Shown here in pieces: positions 19,222-29,063 of a DNA stretch of 64,000 nt (positions are counted from its first letter, which is position 1; every line of letters begins with the position of its first letter). Made by a program: the position numbers and the translations under genes. Source of the stretch: an uncultured Spirochaetota bacterium (GTDB lineage Bacteria > Spirochaetota > Spirochaetia > SZUA-6 > Fen-1364). Location of the stretch: positions 96,001 through 160,000 of the forward strand of contig CAWAHW010000006.1 in assembly GCA_963781885.1 (NCBI GenBank). Reading direction: 5' to 3'. Below the pieces are notes generated by a model that made no database searches, was not told the origin of the DNA, and saw only the letters and a program-made list of their open reading frames with translations.

Positions 19222-21057
19222 CTATGGCATGAAGGGGCGAAGGTGAATGGTGACCGGTGAGTCGCCGTAGTAGCCGAACCTGCTTGTCATGGTCTGGCTG
19301 GTCAGCTCGCAAAGCGTCACGCTCCCGCCGACTTGCACGTCCTCCCACTTCCCGCCCTTCGGATTGTAGTAACTCTTGCAGGGGCCGTTGGGGTGGAGGA
19401 AATCGATCAACCGCCATGCCTCCTGGGCGTTGATGCCGTCCGGCGCGGCGTCCAGCGCGTCGAGGATCTGCCGGTTCAGCTCGTCGTAGCGCCACTGGAT
19501 GTCGTTCTGCTCGCCGCCGGCGAGCAGGGCGATCCATTCGGTCATCGCCGAGAGGCGCATCTCGGGACAAATGGCGGCATTCGTGGCGATAATGATGTCG
19601 CTGCGCTTCTCCCGCTGCGGCGCGAAATAGAACGGCCCCGGACAGTTGCGCTCCGTGTGGTGCCGGTTGATGTAGCCGCGGTCGCCGAAATCGGCCTTCC
19701 GATAGTCGAGGCCGCGGTGGAGCCGCCACACGTCGCGCATCAATCCCCCGCGACGGCGCGTGGAGAGGGGGCGGATGAGCGAGCCCAACGCCGCGGCTGT
19801 CACCTTCCACGCGAAGCCCAGCCGGGCCGTCCAGGTGGCCCCGAAGGCGCTCCACAATCCCTCGTTCCAATCGTCCAGGTATGCGCGGGGGTAGGCGTAG
19901 CCGCGCGGCCGCACGCAAAGCCCCGCCGTGGGCGCGGCAAGGTCGTGAGCCTTCCGCGTTCGCTCGATGTAGGGAATATCCGGTAGATGCTTTTTGTAAT
20001 AGTCGGGTACACCCTCCAGATAAGGAAAAGGTCGGTCAGGGTCCACGCGGCTGCCCGCTTCCACCACGAACGCATTCCCCGCGGCATCCGCCACCGGGTA
20101 GAGCCAGGACACGCCGCGCGGGGCCGCCTGTATCCGTGCCACGGCGTCCGCGGCATTCCTGCAGCGTTCGACGCAGTCGCGGAGCAGGAGGAGCGAATTG
20201 AGGCCCGGCCGCGCGGGGTCGCAGAGCCGGGACGGCATCATATCGACGCCCACCGCGAGCCCTGCATCGTTCATGCCCGTCATGCTGCCGACGAAACCGG
20301 GCGCGGTCAGGCTCACGAAGAAATGCCGGTCCCCGTCCGCCGGCGCGGCGATCACGATACAGGCGGTCTCTTGGAAGACGTCGGCCGTGGGGAACATGAA
20401 GTCCCTGCCGAAAAAGTGCCGGCCGCCTGCCGCCCGGCCTGAGATGGAGAAGAAATTGCAGCCGATGGGGGTGCGCAGGGAAGAGGGATGCACGTGTCTG
20501 TCCGCGAAGAGCTCGCCGGTGTAGACGTGGGCAAGCACGCAGTCGATGCCCAGGTTCAGCGCCAGCAGGTGCTCCAGGGTGACGTCGGTCCGGGGGTTGG
20601 TGTCGCGGCAGCCGGCCTCGATGCCTTTCATCTCCTCCACGTACTCCGCGGGTATGTCCGGCAGCATCTTCCGCGCCGCCCCCTCGATGATCTCGATCAG
20701 GAGCGCCTTGATGCCGGGGAGCGCCCGGGGCCGTGACAATGGGTTGGGGCCGAAAAAGGCGAAGACGACATCGCGGATGTAGGCGCCGGCCATCCGCGAT
20801 ACCTCGGGCTCCGCCATCCTGCCCATGAGCCAGCCCTTTTCGAAGCCGGTGCCTTCCACGTAAAACGCCTTCTTTGGCTTGCCGTGGGCGGAGAGGGCAC
20901 CATTGTGGACCGCGGCGACCCCCATGCTCTGACCCGTCTGCTGCCAGCCGAGCGTCTCACCGGGCGCCCTCCTGTCGGGGAAACGCACGACGGTGAAGCC
21001 ATCGGCGGTGAATGCCCGCGCAACGCGCGGGAAGCGCTCCGAGACGGATGCGGTCAC
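19222..21057 (-). CDS. C45-family (AAT-like) Ntn-hydrolase / acyltransferase
   Basis: EEMKGIEAG, IGCNFFSISG (putative autocleavage Cys), GRDFMF, GSMTGMNDAGL. Confidence 0.72.
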   Translation of the reverse strand: MTASVSERFPRVARAFTADGFTVVRFPDRRAPGETLGWQQTGQSMGVAAVHNGALSAHGKPKKAFYVEGTGFEKGWLMGRMAEPEVSRMAGAYIRDVVFAFFGPNPLSRPRALPGIKALLIEIIEGAARKMLPDIPAEYVEEMKGIEAGCRDTNPRTDVTLEHLLALNLGIDCVLAHVYTGELFADRHVHPSSLRTPIGCNFFSISGRAAGGRHFFGRDFMFPTADVFQETACIVIAAPADGDRHFFVSLTAPGFVGSMTGMNDAGLAVGVDMMPSRLCDPARPGLNSLLLLRDCVERCRNAADAVARIQAAPRGVSWLYPVADAAGNAFVVEAGSRVDPDRPFPYLEGVPDYYKKHLPDIPYIERTRKAHDLAAPTAGLCVRPRGYAYPRAYLDDWNEGLWSAFGATWTARLGFAWKVTAAALGSLIRPLSTRRRGGLMRDVWRLHRGLDYRKADFGDRGYINRHHTERNCPGPFYFAPQREKRSDIIIATNAAICPEMRLSAMTEWIALLAGGEQNDIQWRYDELNRQILDALDAAPDGINAQEAWRLIDFLHPNGPCKSYYNPKGGKWEDVQVGGSVTLCELTSQTMTSRFGYYGDSPVTIHLRPFMP

Positions 21058-21103
21058 GATGGTCCCCCTTTTTGTATGGTCCGATTCTACCGATTATCAG
21101 AGT

Positions 21104-21325
21104 ATGGAAGCAACCCTGGGAATCATGGTCGATGCGACCCATGGGATCGAATACCGTGCGGTTGCCCGCAACAATCGATGGTTCGCGCAGTGGCGCCCCG
21201 CGCGGGCTCTCGAATCTTTCCCTGCCTTTTCCTACGTGACGCGCTCCGAGCATTTTGACACCGAGGGGGAAGCTATGGATTTCATCCGCCGCAACGCCGC
21301 ACAGATCGTCGGCCGCAGGATCTGA
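21104..21325 (+). CDS. Small hypothetical protein (73 aa)
   Basis: Open frame filling the gap with host-like codon usage. Confidence 0.55.
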   Translation: MEATLGIMVDATHGIEYRAVARNNRWFAQWRPARALESFPAFSYVTRSEHFDTEGEAMDFIRRNAAQIVGRRI

Positions 21326-21411
21326 GGCCGCTTTCCCCTGCCTTAAAATTTAATATCTATAAGCTATAGTCTGTCCTGATTCAATAGAATCATACCTCGA
21401 CAATCCAGGCA

Positions 21412-21465
21412 TTGACAACCCGGCATTTTTCGTCATAATTCGACCAATTTACTGTTTTGGTCGAA
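21412..21465 (+). promoter_or_regulatory. Sigma70 promoter plus TetR operator
   Basis: TTGACA (21412)-16 bp-CATAAT (21434); inverted repeat TTCGACCAA-N9-TTGGTCGAA (21439-21465). Confidence 0.75.
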
Positions 21466-21487
21466 AGGTCCAAACGAGAGGAAAGCG

Positions 21488-22075
21488 ATGTCAGGAATCA
21501 CGCGCGAGGTCCAGAAAGGCCAGATCCTCCAGGCTGCGGAAACGGTCGTTCATCACTTCGGATTCGCCAAGACGACGATGAGCGATATCGCGAAGGCGAT
21601 GCGGAAGGGCAAGAGCTCTCTTTACCACTATTTCACGAGCAAGGAGCAGATATTCGTCGCGCTCCTGCACAAGGAGATCGCCGACCTGAAGGACGAGTTC
21701 CTCCGCGTCGTCGAAGCGGAGCCGACGCCCGAGCTGAAGATCCGCGCATACATCCTGACGCGCATGCGGATGTTCCACGACAAGATGAACCAGCATATGT
21801 CCTTCATGGAGGAAACGTCGGAGAGGTACGACCTCCTCATGAGGATCCACGAGGTCTATGACCCCGATGAGATCAAGATCATTTCCGGCATTCTCGCGCA
21901 GGGGGTGCGCGACGGCCGCTTCGTGATCGACGACATCCCCGCCACGTCCACGGCCATCGTCTTTGCGCTGAAGGCATTCGAATATCCCTTCACCCGATCC
22001 GTGGATGAGGCGGAGATCGAAGGGAAGCTGGATAGAACACTGAATATTCTCTTTTACGGTATCGTGCCGCGCTGA
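21488..22075 (+). CDS. TetR/AcrR family regulator
   Basis: GFAKTTMSDIAK..GKSSLYHYFTSKEQIF HTH. Confidence 0.93.
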   Translation: MSGITREVQKGQILQAAETVVHHFGFAKTTMSDIAKAMRKGKSSLYHYFTSKEQIFVALLHKEIADLKDEFLRVVEAEPTPELKIRAYILTRMRMFHDKMNQHMSFMEETSERYDLLMRIHEVYDPDEIKIISGILAQGVRDGRFVIDDIPATSTAIVFALKAFEYPFTRSVDEAEIEGKLDRTLNILFYGIVPR

Positions 22076-22092
22076 AAGACCGAGGAACATCC

Positions 22093-24768
22093 ATGAAAAA
22101 GCTGACCGCGTTCGTCTTCCGGTTCCGTCTGCCCATCGTGATCGTCTTCGGCGTGCTCACCCTGTTCTTCGGGTTCTGGATCAAGGACCTGAAGGTCAAC
22201 AGCAACGTCGTCAGCTATCTCCCGCACGACGACCCTGCCGTCCAGCTGTTCACGCATCTGGACGAGAGCTTCGGCGGGAACGACCTGGTCATGGTGGCGG
22301 TGCAGGCCGATGCCATTTTTTCCCGCCGCACCCTGGCAGACCTCAACAGGCTGACCGAGGCATTCCGCCAGGTGGAGGGGGTCTCCTCCGTCACAAGCCT
22401 CACCGACGTCATGGACATCCGCAAAGCCGCGGGCGGCGGCATCGAGGTCGGAAAGCTCATCGACGTGGACAATCTCCCCGCGACGGATGCCGGCACGCAG
22501 GCGCTTCGTGACTCCGTGATGGGCAAGGAGCGGTATCGCGGCAGCCTCATCTCCAACGACGCGACGGCGACGCTCGTCATTGCCCAGCTCAAGTCCGGCT
22601 CGGACAAGACCGCGGTCATCCGCCGGATGCAGGCCGCGGCCCCGCCCTCGTCGTTTCCCGAAAAACTGTCATTCGGCGGCATCCCCTACCTGACGGCCGA
22701 GCTCGCCTCCTTCATCGTGCACGACTTCGGGCTCCTGATCCCCATCGCGGCGATCCTGATCATCCTGACGCTGTTCCTCACCTTCGGCACCCTGCGCGGC
22801 GTCCTGGTCCCGCTCGGCGCGGTCGCCGTGAGCACCGTCTGGGTGCTCGGGTTCATGAGCCTTCTGAAGGTGCCCCTCACCCTCGTCTCCGACATCATCC
22901 CCGCCATCCTGATCGCCGTCGGCACGGCGCCCTGCATCCACATCCTCAGCAAGTACGACGAGGACCTCACCCTCTACGGACGGACCGGCCCGGAATCCCA
23001 GGCAGCGTTCGGCGAGGTCGGCATGCGGGTCATCCTCGCCGCCGTCACGATCGTGCTGGGCTTTTCCTCGTTCATCATCGGCTCGTACCTGACCACGATC
23101 CGCGACTTCGGCATCTTCACCTCCGTCGGGGTCTGCTTCTCCCTGGTTGTCTCGGTGATCCTCGTGCCGGCCGTGCTCTCCATGATCACGGTCAGGCCCC
23201 GGCAGCGCAGGCACGGGAATGCCCACGCGATCCGCCGACCCGAGGACCGGCCGATGTTCCGCGCCATGACGGCCTGGGGCACCATCGTGGTCCGCCGGCG
23301 CAGGGCCATCCTGGTCGTCTCCCTCGTCGTGCTCCTGGCGGGGCTCGCGGGAACCCCGCTCATCCAGCGCAAGGCCGACTTCGTGGAGTTCTTCGATCCG
23401 CAGAGTCAGGTGCGACAGACCGACGCCCTGCTGTCGAAGCAGTTCGGCGGCTCGCGTCCCCTCCAGATCAGCTTCAATGGCGACCTTTCGGACCCGTTCG
23501 TCCTGAAGGAGATGCTCCGCTTCGAGCGCTTCCTCGATGGAAACGGCCTGGCGCGGAATCCCGTCTCCATCGCGGACTTCATCGTCGAGATGAATGACGT
23601 CATGGACGACACGCGCACCGTCCCGGCGGAGAAGGCGAAGATCGCCAACCTCATGTTCCTCCTGGCGGGCCAGGACATGGTGCGCCAGCTCCTGAACGAC
23701 GACTCGACCGAGGGGCAGATCCAGGCCATGGTGGGGTCGCAGGGGGTCGGGGACCTGCAGCGCACCATCGCGGAGATCGAGGGGTACATCAAGGGCATGG
23801 AGACCCGGCTCGTCGCGGTGGACCTCGCCTCTCTGCCGCCGAACGACCGTCAGACGGTGAGGGACTTCCGCGTCACCCGGTCCCGGGAGATGCTTGGATG
23901 GCTCGCGGGGAAGCGGCAGCCCGGCGCGCGCGTCGATGACGCCCTGCTTGCCGCGGCGTTGAGCGGCGCGGCACCGCAGACCGGCCCCGGGCCGGGGCGG
24001 GTGCCTCAGGAGATCCTCGCGGCCTTTCCGCCCGCGCTGCAGGCGGACGCGGGATTCAGACAGGACCTGATTGCCGAGATGCAGGACCTGTCGCAGGGCA
24101 CGGTGGCGGTTCCCGAGCGGCTCTACAAGGGACTGTCGGTCGCCGCGCAGGGAGAACCGGACGTCATCACATACTCCGTCGGCTTCACCGGCATGCCCCT
24201 CATCTCGTGGCATCTGGACCGCAGCATCCTCCTGAGCCAGGGGGAGAGCCTCCTGATCGCCCTGGTGTTCATCTTCCTGCTCCTTGCCGCGCGGCTGCGC
24301 TCCGCCCTTGGCGGGATGCTGGGGCTCGTGCCCATCGTGCTGGCAATCGTGACGATGTTCGGCATCATGGGCTTCACCGGCATTCCGATCAATGTCGCGA
24401 CCGTGCTCGTCGGCAGCATCGCCCTCGGCATCGGCATCAACTACGTCATCCACTTCAGCGTCCGATTCACCACGTACTATCGAGGCCCGACGACCGCCGC
24501 CGAGGCGGTGAAAAAAACCATCCAGACCACGGGCATGGCGATCATCATCAACGTGCTGGCCGTCACCATGGGATTCGTGGCCCTCTTGTTCGCGAACCTG
24601 CTGCCGTTGCGGCAGTTCGGCATCCTCACGGCGATCGCGATGCTCGCCAGCGGGCTGGGGGCCTTCACCCTCCTGCCGGCGCTCATCCTGTTGAAGCCGT
24701 CGGCTTTCGCGGGCCGTGGAAAAGGAAGGCCTTCCGAAAAAGGACGCAAGGAGGCGCCTGCCCAATGA
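22093..24768 (+). CDS. MMPL/RND family transporter
   Basis: Two TM blocks with large loops; SIALGIGINYVIH, LRQFGIL. Confidence 0.9.
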   Translation: MKKLTAFVFRFRLPIVIVFGVLTLFFGFWIKDLKVNSNVVSYLPHDDPAVQLFTHLDESFGGNDLVMVAVQADAIFSRRTLADLNRLTEAFRQVEGVSSVTSLTDVMDIRKAAGGGIEVGKLIDVDNLPATDAGTQALRDSVMGKERYRGSLISNDATATLVIAQLKSGSDKTAVIRRMQAAAPPSSFPEKLSFGGIPYLTAELASFIVHDFGLLIPIAAILIILTLFLTFGTLRGVLVPLGAVAVSTVWVLGFMSLLKVPLTLVSDIIPAILIAVGTAPCIHILSKYDEDLTLYGRTGPESQAAFGEVGMRVILAAVTIVLGFSSFIIGSYLTTIRDFGIFTSVGVCFSLVVSVILVPAVLSMITVRPRQRRHGNAHAIRRPEDRPMFRAMTAWGTIVVRRRRAILVVSLVVLLAGLAGTPLIQRKADFVEFFDPQSQVRQTDALLSKQFGGSRPLQISFNGDLSDPFVLKEMLRFERFLDGNGLARNPVSIADFIVEMNDVMDDTRTVPAEKAKIANLMFLLAGQDMVRQLLNDDSTEGQIQAMVGSQGVGDLQRTIAEIEGYIKGMETRLVAVDLASLPPNDRQTVRDFRVTRSREMLGWLAGKRQPGARVDDALLAAALSGAAPQTGPGPGRVPQEILAAFPPALQADAGFRQDLIAEMQDLSQGTVAVPERLYKGLSVAAQGEPDVITYSVGFTGMPLISWHLDRSILLSQGESLLIALVFIFLLLAARLRSALGGMLGLVPIVLAIVTMFGIMGFTGIPINVATVLVGSIALGIGINYVIHFSVRFTTYYRGPTTAAEAVKKTIQTTGMAIIINVLAVTMGFVALLFANLLPLRQFGILTAIAMLASGLGAFTLLPALILLKPSAFAGRGKGRPSEKGRKEAPAQ

Positions 24769-25517
24769 AAACTCACGCTGCCGTCGCTCTTGTCGCCCTT
24801 TTGTCGCTCCTCGGCCCGCTGCCCGCGGCGGCCCAGGACAACGCGCTTTCCGCGCTCGACATCCTCAACAAGGTCGATGACGCGGTCAACGGCGCGAAGG
24901 ACCAGAGCTACACCCTGAAGATCGTGCTGACGGACAGGAACGGCGCGCAGAAGACGCAGGAGTTTCTCATGCTGCAGAAGGGCAGGGACAGGCGCCTGGC
25001 AAGGGTCCTCTCGCCTGCCGATCTCCGCGGGATCAGCTTCCTGTCGCTTGCCGGGGGGGTGCAGTATCTGTATCTGCCCGCTTTCGGCAAGGCGCAGCGC
25101 ATCGAGTCCCACATCATGAACTCAAGCTTCACCGGCACCGACTTCACCTACGAGGACATGGAGGCGGGCAGGCAATCGGACAGGTGGGATCCGCAGATCG
25201 TCCGACAGGACCAGGATGCCATCGTCCTGTCGATGACGCCGAAGAAGGGGACAACGAGCGACTATTCGAAGGTCGTCATGCAGATCCGACCCGACAACTT
25301 CGTCCCCGTCCGCATCGAGCATTACGACAAGGACGGGAAGCTCTTCAAGGTCCTCGTGCGCGACAAGCTCCAGCAGGTCCAGGGCTACTGGGTCGCCATG
25401 GAGACCACGATGGAAGACCTGAAGAAGAAGCACAAGACGACGATGATGATCTCCGACATGAAATTCGACACCGGCATCCCGGATGAGAGGTTCACCGATC
25501 GCGCCATGGGCCAATAG
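24765..25517 (+). CDS. Outer-membrane lipoprotein-sorting (LolA-like) protein
   Basis: Signal peptide; SPADLRGISFL, YLYLPA, SFTGTDFTYED; follows the MMPL gene. Confidence 0.85.
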   Translation: MKTHAAVALVALLSLLGPLPAAAQDNALSALDILNKVDDAVNGAKDQSYTLKIVLTDRNGAQKTQEFLMLQKGRDRRLARVLSPADLRGISFLSLAGGVQYLYLPAFGKAQRIESHIMNSSFTGTDFTYEDMEAGRQSDRWDPQIVRQDQDAIVLSMTPKKGTTSDYSKVVMQIRPDNFVPVRIEHYDKDGKLFKVLVRDKLQQVQGYWVAMETTMEDLKKKHKTTMMISDMKFDTGIPDERFTDRAMGQ

Positions 25518-25588
25518 TCCGGCCACGGTACCCCGTGGCATTTGTCCGTCCTTCCGCGGCGGTGTACACTGGCGCGGGAAGGTGATGC

Positions 25589-26218
25589 ATGGAAAAAAGC
25601 GATCGAAGGGCCCTCCTGGTTGTCGACGTGCAGAACGACTTCTGCCCGGGCGGCAGTCTTGCCGTGGATGACGGCGACAGCATCATCGCCGTCATCAATC
25701 GCCTCATGCCCTTGTTCCCGCGCGTCATCGCCACCCAGGACTGGCATCCGCCCGACCACGTGTCCTTCGCCTCGACGCATCCCGGGCGCAAGCCCCTGGA
25801 TGTCGTGGATGCCGGCGGCATTCAGCAGGTGCTGTGGCCGGATCACTGCGTGCAGGCAACGCGCGGCGCGGAGCTGCATCCCCGGCTCGATGCGCGGCCG
25901 CTCGGTCTCATCCTCCGCAAGGGCATGCGGCGCACGCTCGATTCCTATTCCGCCTTTTTCGAGAATGACCGCCGCACGGACACGGGACTGCGGCAGTATC
26001 TCAAGGGGCTCGCGGTGCGCGAGCTTTTCGTCTGCGGCCTGGCGACGGACTACTGCGTGATGGCGTCGGTCCTGGACGCGCGCAGGCTCGGTCTTCGCGT
26101 CACGCTCGTGCGTGATGCCTGCCGCGGCGTCGACTTTCCGCGCGACAGCGTCCGCGAGGCCATCGATGCAATGAAAAAGGCCGGGGCGCGCATCGTCGAT
26201 TCCCCGGCGCTGGACTGA
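25589..26218 (+). CDS. pncA: Nicotinamidase/pyrazinamidase
   Basis: VDVQNDFCPGGSL, TQDWHP, WPDHCVQ, DSYSAF, GLATDYCV. Confidence 0.95.
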   Translation: MEKSDRRALLVVDVQNDFCPGGSLAVDDGDSIIAVINRLMPLFPRVIATQDWHPPDHVSFASTHPGRKPLDVVDAGGIQQVLWPDHCVQATRGAELHPRLDARPLGLILRKGMRRTLDSYSAFFENDRRTDTGLRQYLKGLAVRELFVCGLATDYCVMASVLDARRLGLRVTLVRDACRGVDFPRDSVREAIDAMKKAGARIVDSPALD

Positions 26219-26224
26219 GCCGGC

Positions 26225-27100
26225 TCATCCGGTCTCCAGCGGGTCGATGTGGATGAAGGCGCGCGAGACCTCATCCATGTCTTCGATGGCCTTCTGCACC
26301 TTCTTGCCGATCCCGTGCGCCTCCTCGATGGTGATGTGCCTGTCCACGTTGATATGCACCTCGATCTCGACCGTCGTGCCCACGTAGTGGGCAAAGACAT
26401 CGTTCAGGCCGCGCACGCCCTCGATCGCCTTCGCCTTGCCGACGATGCGCGCCACGAGCTCCGCCGGCGGGGCCTCACCCATGAGGTACTTGATGTTGGC
26501 CTGGCCGATGGAGAATCCCGCGCGGATGATCCACAGGCCCACGACAATGGCGGCCACGGGATCGAAGATCGGAAGCCCGATATTCGACATGACGATGCCG
26601 ATCAACACCGCGATGGAGATGAGGACGTCGTTCCTGTGATCGGTGGCTGACGCCATGAGCGCGGTGCTGCCGGCGCGCACCGCGACGGCGCGCACGTAGA
26701 GGTGCATGCCCAGCTTGATGACCATGACCGCGAGCAGCAGGACAATAGGCAGCAGGCCCTTCTCGGGCTGCTCGCCGCTCCAGAGCCGGGCCACCGATTG
26801 GGCGATGATCTGGAACCCCACGATGCCGGTGAGGATTGCGACCACCAGACCGGCAAGAGGCTGGGCGCGCTTGTGCCCGAAGGGATGGTCGGCGTCCGGC
26901 GCCTTGTGGGAGCTGCGCACGCTGATGAGGACGATCGTGGACGCCACGATGTCGGTGAGGGAGTTGAACGAGTCGGAGATGATGGCGATGGAGTTGAACA
27001 GGAGCCCGACGGCCAGCTTGCATCCGAAGAGCACCGCGTTTCCGACGATCCCGAGCCACGTGGCGATTCTCTCCGTCGTCTGCTCGGCGGCTTCTTTCAT
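26225..27100 (-). CDS. Cation diffusion facilitator (FieF-like)
   Basis: SDSFNSLTD, HPFGH, DHRNDV, HIDP. Confidence 0.92.
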   Translation of the reverse strand: MKEAAEQTTERIATWLGIVGNAVLFGCKLAVGLLFNSIAIISDSFNSLTDIVASTIVLISVRSSHKAPDADHPFGHKRAQPLAGLVVAILTGIVGFQIIAQSVARLWSGEQPEKGLLPIVLLLAVMVIKLGMHLYVRAVAVRAGSTALMASATDHRNDVLISIAVLIGIVMSNIGLPIFDPVAAIVVGLWIIRAGFSIGQANIKYLMGEAPPAELVARIVGKAKAIEGVRGLNDVFAHYVGTTVEIEVHINVDRHITIEEAHGIGKKVQKAIEDMDEVSRAFIHIDPLETG

Positions 27101-27128
27101 GCGTCCCTACCTTAAGCGTTCGCGGGGC

Positions 27129-27154
27129 AAAAAAAAAGGGGCCCGAAGGCCCCT
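27129..27154 (-). terminator. Rho-independent terminator
   Basis: Minus strand GGGGCC-TTCG-GGCCCC hairpin followed by a T9 tract. Confidence 0.8.
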
Positions 27155-27181
27155 CGCGTGAAGGCCCGTTGGCCCCCCGCG

Positions 27182-27613
27182 TCATGCGTCCTGCACGGGC
27201 GGCTCCCCCGCCTGTTTCTCCGCGCCCTGCTTGCGGTCGACGAACTTGTCGAACGCATCGCGTCCTTCCTGTTCCCAGAACTCGCGGTAATAGCGCCAGT
27301 TGTCGCGTCCCCGCGGCAGGTCATGCGGTCCGCCGCGTCCCGGCGGCTTGTGGCCGTGCGGGCCCCTGCCCCCGATGCCGCCGAAGATCAGCTTCGCGAG
27401 GATCACGATCCCGAAGGCCTGCCAGTAGCCGATCTGTCCGAGATGGAAGATCACCGGCATCAGCCAGTTCCAGAGGATCATCACCAGCCAGCCAAAGACC
27501 AGCGCGAAAAGCCCCGCGCCGATCACCCCCAGCACGACGAGACCCGCGATGCGGAGCCCCCGCACGGCCGGGTGAACCCCCGGCCACATGTCATGCATCC
27601 TGTGTGCACTCAT
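27182..27613 (-). CDS. Membrane protein coupled to an ECF sigma factor
   Basis: VMILWNWLMPVIFHLGQIGYWQAFGIVILAKLIFG; start overlaps the sigma stop. Confidence 0.75.
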   Translation of the reverse strand: MSAHRMHDMWPGVHPAVRGLRIAGLVVLGVIGAGLFALVFGWLVMILWNWLMPVIFHLGQIGYWQAFGIVILAKLIFGGIGGRGPHGHKPPGRGGPHDLPRGRDNWRYYREFWEQEGRDAFDKFVDRKQGAEKQAGEPPVQDA

Positions 27614-28122
27614 TCCGTACCTCCTGTGAGCGTCTCTCGCAGAGCGAGCATCGCGCGGTGCTTCCGCGCCAGCAGCGTGCCGATGGGCACGTCCCACTCC
27701 TCGGCCAGCTCCCGAAACGTCCTTCCCTCGAGCTCGGTCGCCACGAGCACCTCCCTCTGGGGCACCGGCAGCTCGTCGATGGCCTCCATCATCTCCTCCT
27801 GACTCTCCGTCCGCGCGAAGTCCTCCGACGCCTCGAAGCGCATGTCGGAGATCTCCGCGGTGAGGTCGACCGTGTTTCCCCGCTTCCTGCGGTACAGGTC
27901 GACGACCCTGTTCCGCAGCGAGCGGTAGATGTAGGCGGGGATGTCGACGACGTCGGCGGCGACGTCCGGCTGCTCCAGGAAGTGCTCGATGACGTCCTCC
28001 ACGACGTCCTCCGCGTCCCGCTCCGCCGTGTCGGCAATCCAGGTGCGCACGTACCCGACCAGCCGGTTCCACTCGGTGGCGATGAAGCCCGCGATCCGCT
28101 TTTTCTGCGTTTCTGCGCTCAC
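27610..28122 (-). CDS. ECF RNA polymerase sigma factor
   Basis: DAEDVVED, YIYRSLRNRVVD, IDELP..QREV, PIGTLLARKHRA. Confidence 0.9.
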   Translation of the reverse strand: MSAETQKKRIAGFIATEWNRLVGYVRTWIADTAERDAEDVVEDVIEHFLEQPDVAADVVDIPAYIYRSLRNRVVDLYRRKRGNTVDLTAEISDMRFEASEDFARTESQEEMMEAIDELPVPQREVLVATELEGRTFRELAEEWDVPIGTLLARKHRAMLALRETLTGGTE

Positions 28123-28157
28123 ATTATTCCTGACGCCTTTTCGGGTCTTTTATTGCA

Positions 28158-28943
28158 TCATGCGCCGGATTTTCCCGCCGCCCGCGCGAGAAATCCCCGC
28201 AGGAGGGCCTCCAGCTCCGCCGGCGCCGTCACGTGGGGCCAGTGATCCGCGGCGGCGAGCGTTTCGATCCGCGCCCGGGGGAAGAACCTGCGCATCGCGG
28301 CATGATCCTCGGCAACGACGTAGGGCGAGCGGCCGCAGGCGACCAGGAGGGCTTCGCCGGTGTAGCGGCCGCTCACGCCCGCAAAGTCGGAGGCGACGGT
28401 GCTCGCCGCGAGCACCGCGGGGTCCAGGCGCCAGCGGAAACCGTCGCCGTCGCGCACGGCGTTGGTGAGGAGGAACTGGCGCACGCGAAGGTCGGGGACG
28501 ATCGGCGACAGAAGCGCGTCAAGGTCCGCGCGCGTTCGGCAGCCGCTCACGTCCGTGCCGAGCGCGGCAAGCTCCTGCTCGTGATCGGGCGGATAGGGGC
28601 GGGGCGCGATGTCGATCGCGGCAACCCCCGCGGTGAGCCGTGGATGGCGCAAGGCGAAACCCATGGATACCAGGCCGCCCATGGAATGGCCGATGAGGCG
28701 CACGCGCTCGGCGTGGTGGGCCGTGCACCATGCATGGAGATCCTCGACGCAGTCCTCCAGGGTATGCGTCGGAGAGTGGGGGGAGTCGCCGTGGTTGCGC
28801 AGGTCCAGGGCGAAGACGCGGCCGTCCGCCGCCAACCTCCTGCCTATGCCCGCCCAGTTCTGGGCGGAACCGAAGAGCCCGTGCAGGATGACGATGGGCG
28901 CTCCCGAGCCCGGCCCGCCGAGATCGCGGAATGAAAGCTCCAT
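28158..28943 (-). CDS. Alpha/beta hydrolase (YbfF-like esterase)
   Basis: LHGLFGS, DLRNHGDS, GHSMGG, DIAP, HWPH. Confidence 0.9.
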   Translation of the reverse strand: MELSFRDLGGPGSGAPIVILHGLFGSAQNWAGIGRRLAADGRVFALDLRNHGDSPHSPTHTLEDCVEDLHAWCTAHHAERVRLIGHSMGGLVSMGFALRHPRLTAGVAAIDIAPRPYPPDHEQELAALGTDVSGCRTRADLDALLSPIVPDLRVRQFLLTNAVRDGDGFRWRLDPAVLAASTVASDFAGVSGRYTGEALLVACGRSPYVVAEDHAAMRRFFPRARIETLAAADHWPHVTAPAELEALLRGFLARAAGKSGA

Positions 28944-29063
28944 GCCACAAGGGTAGCGGCGCAGGTGTCACGCGGCAATCGCCGCGCGCATGCCCCCCGC
29001 GTCGCCGGGCGCCTCCATTGACTTTTTCCATCACACGTATATTTATACTTCAAAGGAGTCATC

